Assembly: GCA_044226625.1 (NCBI GenBank)
Contig: JBGAGQ010000077.1
Location: 1 to 28,201 of the forward strand
Source of the DNA: Thermoanaerobaculia bacterium
GTDB lineage: Bacteria; Acidobacteriota; Thermoanaerobaculia; Multivoradales; UBA5704
Reading direction: 5' to 3'
DNA: 28,201 nt
Part shown: positions 24,504 to 28,201 of the stretch, piece by piece
Numbering within the stretch: the stretch's first letter is position 1
How the letters are laid out: the number at the start of each line of letters is the position of its first letter
The notes under the pieces: generated by a model
Told to the model about the DNA's origin: nothing
Seen by the model: the letters and a program-made list of their open reading frames with translations, nothing else
Databases searched by the model: none
Translations under genes and position numbers: made by a program

Positions 24504-27500
24504 ATGAGCCACCGCCGCCCCCACCCCGCCGCTTTCCCTCTCTCGTCGACGTCTGCCTTCGCGATGATCACCGCGATCACCGCGATCACCGCGATCACGG
24601 GCCTAGGGTCCGCTGCCCACGCGGCGACCGTGCCGGTCGAGCTGATCTCGCGCGCCGCGACGGTTTCGGACACCGCGATCGGCGAGCTTCCGGGAGCGGG
24701 GTTCGACCTGCGGCCGAGCGTGAGCGCGGACGGGCGCTTCGTCGCCTACTCGAGCACCAGCGCCGCGCTCTCCGCCGGTCAGCTCGACGCCAACGCCGCG
24801 GCGGACGTGTTTCTCTGGGATCGCACGCTCGGCACCTCGACGCTCGTGAGCCACGCGGCGGTGAGCGCCGTGACAGCGGCCACGGGCGCCTCCGGCGATC
24901 CGGCCGTCTCGGCGGACGGCGCGTTCGTGGCCTACCTTTCCGGCGCGCCCGATCTGGTCGCCGGGATTTCGGACGGCAATGCCGGGGCCGACCTCTACGT
25001 CTGGGACCGCGCCGCGGGAAGCTCCGTGCTCGCGAGCCACGCCGCCTCTTCGGCGAGCGCCGCGGCGAACGCCCCGGCGCTCGAAGCCGCGATCTCGGGC
25101 GACGGCCGCTACGTCGCCTTCGCGAGCGCGGCGACCGACCTGTCGACCGGCCAGGTGGATTCGAACGGCGACACCGACGTCTTCCTCTGGGATCGCATCA
25201 CCGGCACCGTCACCCTCGTGAGCCACGTCGCCGGGATGGCCGCGAAGGCAGGCGCCGGCCCGTCGTTCGGACCCGCGGTGAGCGCCGACGGGCGCTACGT
25301 CGCATTCATCAGCTTCGCCCCCGATCTGGTCGCGGGGCAGGTCGAATCGATGGGCCAGGCGGACGTCTTCGTCTGGGATCGGACGACCGACACGTCGATC
25401 CTCGTGAGCCACGCCGCCAGCGGAACGACGACCGCGGGCAACGGCGGGGCGATCCGAGGCGTGGCCCTGTCGTCGGACGGCGGCGCGGTCGCGTTCCTCT
25501 CGACGGCGACCAACCTGATCGCCGGAGGGACCGACGCGAACGGCGCGGCCGACGCGTTCGTCTGGGATCGCGCGACGGGGAACGTCGCGCTCGCGAGCCA
25601 CGCCGTCGGCGCGCCGTCCCAGGCGGGCAACGGCGCGGCCTCCGAGGTGGCGATCTCGGGCGACGGCACGGTGGTCGCGTTTGCGGGCACCGGCACCGAC
25701 CACGTGCCGGGTCAGGTCGATCCCGACTCCACCTCGCCGGACGTCTTCGCGTACGTCCGCGCGACGGGGGCCCTCGCGCTCGCGAGCCGCAAGGCGAGCG
25801 CCGCGACCGACGCGAGCACGGGTGCCCACGCCCCGGCGCTCTCGGCCGACGGCCGCTTCGTCGCGTTCGCGAGCGCCGATCCCGCGCTGATCGGCGGCCA
25901 GGTCGACTCCGGAGCGGGAGAGGACGTGTTCGTCTACGACCGCACGGGGGACACCACCGCGCTTGCGAGCCACGCCGCAACGCAGGGCAACCGGGCGGGC
26001 CTCCCTCAGCTCGGCGAGCGGGCTCTCGCGATCTCGGCGGACGGCGGCGCGGTCGTCTATTCGAGCCCGGCCGCGGATCTGGTGACCGGGCTCGCCGACG
26101 CGAACGGGGGCAACGACCTCTTCCGCTACGACACGCTTGGCGGCACGAACCAGGCGATCACCCGCCGCGCCGCCGACCGCCCCTCCGCCTCCGCCGGGGG
26201 CTTGAGCTACGTCCTCGGCCAGCCGATCGCCGCGCTCGACGCGGCCGGGCGCTACGTCGCGTTTTCGAGCACCGGAGTCGGACTCGTCGCGGGACAGACC
26301 GGATTCGGCGGCACGACCCAGGTCTACGTCCGCGACCGGAACCCGGCCACGCTTTCGACCTCCATCGCGAGCCACGCGCTCGCCTCGCCGCTCGCCCCGG
26401 GCAACAACCTCGCGGACGCCGGGGTGGCGAGCGCCGACGGCCGCTACGTGGCGTTCTGGAGCGCGGCGACCGATCTCGTGGCCCCGCCCCTCCCGCCAGG
26501 CACGGTCGGCCTCTATCTCGAAGACCGCGCGGCGGCGACGCTGCTGCGGATCGCCACCTCGCTCGCGAGCAAGGCCCTGTTCGACGATCCCTCGCCGCAC
26601 GCGATCTCGGCCGACGGCCGCTTTGTCGCCTTCGTCTCCGGGGCGACCGACCTGGTGCCGGGCCAGGTCGACGGCAACGCCGGGCCGGATGTCTTTCTGT
26701 TCGATCGCACCACGGGCACCACCGTCCTCGCGAGCCATTCGAACGCCTCGACGACGACCGCGGCGGACGGCCCCTCCGGCCACGTCTCGCTCGACGCCTC
26801 CGGCCGTTTCCTCGCCTTCGAGAGCCTCGGCTCGAACGTCGCACCGGGGCAGTTCGACAACCTGGGGCTGCCGGACGTCTTCCTCTACGACGCGCAGACC
26901 GGCAACGCCGATCTGGTGAGCCGGTCGTTCGACACGCCGAACAGCACCGCGGTCGGCACCTCGCACGCGCCGGAGATCAGCGCCGACGGCCGCTGGGTGG
27001 CGTTCCGAAGCGACGCGTTCGACGTCGTCCTCTCTCAGACCGAGGGGAACGCGGGCGATGACGTCTTTCTCTACGACCACGCCCTGCTCTCGAACCGGCT
27101 GGTGAGCCGGCAGGCCGGGAGCGCCTCGACCACCGGCAACGCCCCCTGCACGGAAGCGCGGCCGAGCGCGGACGGGCGCTACGTCGCCTACGTCTGCCGG
27201 GCGAGCGATCTGGTCGCGGGCCAGAGCGATGCGAACGGCGCGGCCGACCTCTTCCTCTACGACCGGATCGCCGATTCGAGCACCCTCGCGAGCCACGCCG
27301 TCGGCGCACCGCTCACCGCGCTCGGCGTCGACGCGGGAAGCCCCCCCTCGATCGCCGCCGACGGCCGTTTCGTCGCCTTCACGAGCGCCGCGCCGCTCGC
27401 CGCCGGGGCGCCCGCGCGGACGAACGTCTTCCTCTTCGATCGGTTCCACGCCACGAACGCGCTCCTGAGCCCGGCGGCCTTCCCCGCCTCCGGACCCGTG

Positions 27501-27998
27501 GGGACCTCGCTCAACCCGCAGATCAGCGCCGACGGCAGCGTCGTGGTCTTCGCCTCGAATTCGACCGATCTGGTGGCCGACGACCGCAACGGAGCGCTCG
27601 ACGTCTTCGCGGCGAAGAACCCGAACCTCGGCCAATACTTCACCGTCTCCCCCTGCCGCCTCTACGACAGCCGAGGCGACGGAGCGGGCCCCCTCGCCTC
27701 CGGCGCGCCGCGCATACGGCCCGCGCAGGGCCTCTGCGGCGTCCCACCGACGGCGACCACGATCGCCGCGAACGTCACGGTGACCTCGCCCACCGCGCTC
27801 GGCTTCCTCACCCTCTACCCGGGAGACGGAGCAGCCCCGGGTGTCGCGACCCTCAACTTCGCCGCCGGCCAGACGCGGACCAACAACGCGGTGGTACGCC
27901 TCTCCGCCGACGGCAACGGAACCTACGCGGCGTCGGCCTTCGTGCTCGGCTCGGGGACGGTCCACGTGATCGTGGACGTGGGGGGTTACTTCGAGTAG
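24504..27998 (+). CDS. secreted TolB/PD40-like beta-propeller repeat protein with C-terminal PCR..DSR...GYFE domain
   Basis: Signal peptide ending AAHA; 16 copies of (S/D/A)xxGrxVaF...DxNgxxDVFxxDR; C-terminal YFTVSPCRLYDSR...NVTVT..GFLTLYP...LNF...N.AVV...HVIVDVGGYFE. Start ATG 24504 (or 24564). Confidence 0.9.
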   Translation: MSHRRPHPAAFPLSSTSAFAMITAITAITAITGLGSAAHAATVPVELISRAATVSDTAIGELPGAGFDLRPSVSADGRFVAYSSTSAALSAGQLDANAAADVFLWDRTLGTSTLVSHAAVSAVTAATGASGDPAVSADGAFVAYLSGAPDLVAGISDGNAGADLYVWDRAAGSSVLASHAASSASAAANAPALEAAISGDGRYVAFASAATDLSTGQVDSNGDTDVFLWDRITGTVTLVSHVAGMAAKAGAGPSFGPAVSADGRYVAFISFAPDLVAGQVESMGQADVFVWDRTTDTSILVSHAASGTTTAGNGGAIRGVALSSDGGAVAFLSTATNLIAGGTDANGAADAFVWDRATGNVALASHAVGAPSQAGNGAASEVAISGDGTVVAFAGTGTDHVPGQVDPDSTSPDVFAYVRATGALALASRKASAATDASTGAHAPALSADGRFVAFASADPALIGGQVDSGAGEDVFVYDRTGDTTALASHAATQGNRAGLPQLGERALAISADGGAVVYSSPAADLVTGLADANGGNDLFRYDTLGGTNQAITRRAADRPSASAGGLSYVLGQPIAALDAAGRYVAFSSTGVGLVAGQTGFGGTTQVYVRDRNPATLSTSIASHALASPLAPGNNLADAGVASADGRYVAFWSAATDLVAPPLPPGTVGLYLEDRAAATLLRIATSLASKALFDDPSPHAISADGRFVAFVSGATDLVPGQVDGNAGPDVFLFDRTTGTTVLASHSNASTTTAADGPSGHVSLDASGRFLAFESLGSNVAPGQFDNLGLPDVFLYDAQTGNADLVSRSFDTPNSTAVGTSHAPEISADGRWVAFRSDAFDVVLSQTEGNAGDDVFLYDHALLSNRLVSRQAGSASTTGNAPCTEARPSADGRYVAYVCRASDLVAGQSDANGAADLFLYDRIADSSTLASHAVGAPLTALGVDAGSPPSIAADGRFVAFTSAAPLAAGAPARTNVFLFDRFHATNALLSPAAFPASGPVGTSLNPQISADGSVVVFASNSTDLVADDRNGALDVFAAKNPNLGQYFTVSPCRLYDSRGDGAGPLASGAPRIRPAQGLCGVPPTATTIAANVTVTSPTALGFLTLYPGDGAAPGVATLNFAAGQTRTNNAVVRLSADGNGTYAASAFVLGSGTVHVIVDVGGYFE
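24566..24598 (+). repeat. 9-bp tandem repeat (GATCACCGC x3.7) in the signal peptide
   Basis: Encodes ITA-ITA-ITA-IT. Confidence 0.85.
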
Positions 27999-28009
27999 CC
28001 CGGGGGCGA

Positions 28010-28036
28010 TGTCACAAACCTCTTCGTCGAACCCTC
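28010..28036 (+). promoter_or_regulatory. possible ECF41-type sigma promoter
   Basis: TGTCACA-N16-CCTC versus the ECF41 consensus TGTCACA-N16-CGTC. Confidence 0.45.
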
Positions 28037-28096
28037 CTTAGATCGCAGAGGGCCGCGATCTCGCGGCGTTCAAAAAGAAGATCCAGGGAGACGAGA

Positions 28097-28201
28097 ATGA
28101 AGACCCACGACGTTCAATCCGTATCGCTCGCCGTGCCGAGCCGGCGCGCTTTCGAGTTCATCGCGGCTCCGGAGAACCTTCCGCGCTGGACCAGCGCCTT
28201 C
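28097..28201 (+). CDS. SRPBCC/START family protein, 5' partial
   Basis: RBS AGGGAG; MKTHDVQSVSLAVPSRRAFEFIAAPENLPRWTSAF matches the SRPBCC N-terminal pattern F.f.adpenlp.W; runs off the window. Confidence 0.75.
   Translation, partial: MKTHDVQSVSLAVPSRRAFEFIAAPENLPRWTSAF

Noticed and set aside
1-28201. tRNA/rRNA genes, integrases, IS transposases
   Set aside because: No cloverleaf or rRNA-like segments and no DDE, tyrosine or serine recombinase motifs recognised in any ORF.

Overview
GC-rich bacterial window. The gene content (Oar-type TonB receptor, membrane-anchored TPR-CHAT protein, SADGRxVAF propeller ending PCR..D(S/T)R...GYFE, KKLxLxRETL-leader peptide) suggests Acidobacteriota, possibly Thermoanaerobaculia; this is inference. 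Left to right: a DUF559 nuclease gene inside an array of palindromic REP-like doublets; rtcB; a TonB-dependent receptor; a small helical protein plus HNH nuclease; OSBS/N-succinylamino-acid racemase plus GNAT; a UbiB/AarF kinase; an intergenic sigma54 promoter-to-terminator unit (candidate ~195-nt sRNA); GH57/DUF3536; a three-gene operon of CHAT (caspase-like) protease, unknown 307-aa protein and trypsin-like protease, with a REP-bounded in-frame insertion in the CHAT gene; a frameshifted vapBC module between direct repeats of the 3' end of an AAA_14/DUF4143 ATPase gene; an orphan Cys/Thr-rich RiPP precursor; a GNAT; an SPFH plus NAD-kinase-like pair; a 16-repeat beta-propeller protein; and the start of an SRPBCC gene. 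The best candidates for undescribed biology are the sigma54 sRNA, the DUF559/REP system and the two-protease operon. All calls come from reading motifs by eye; no database searches were run.
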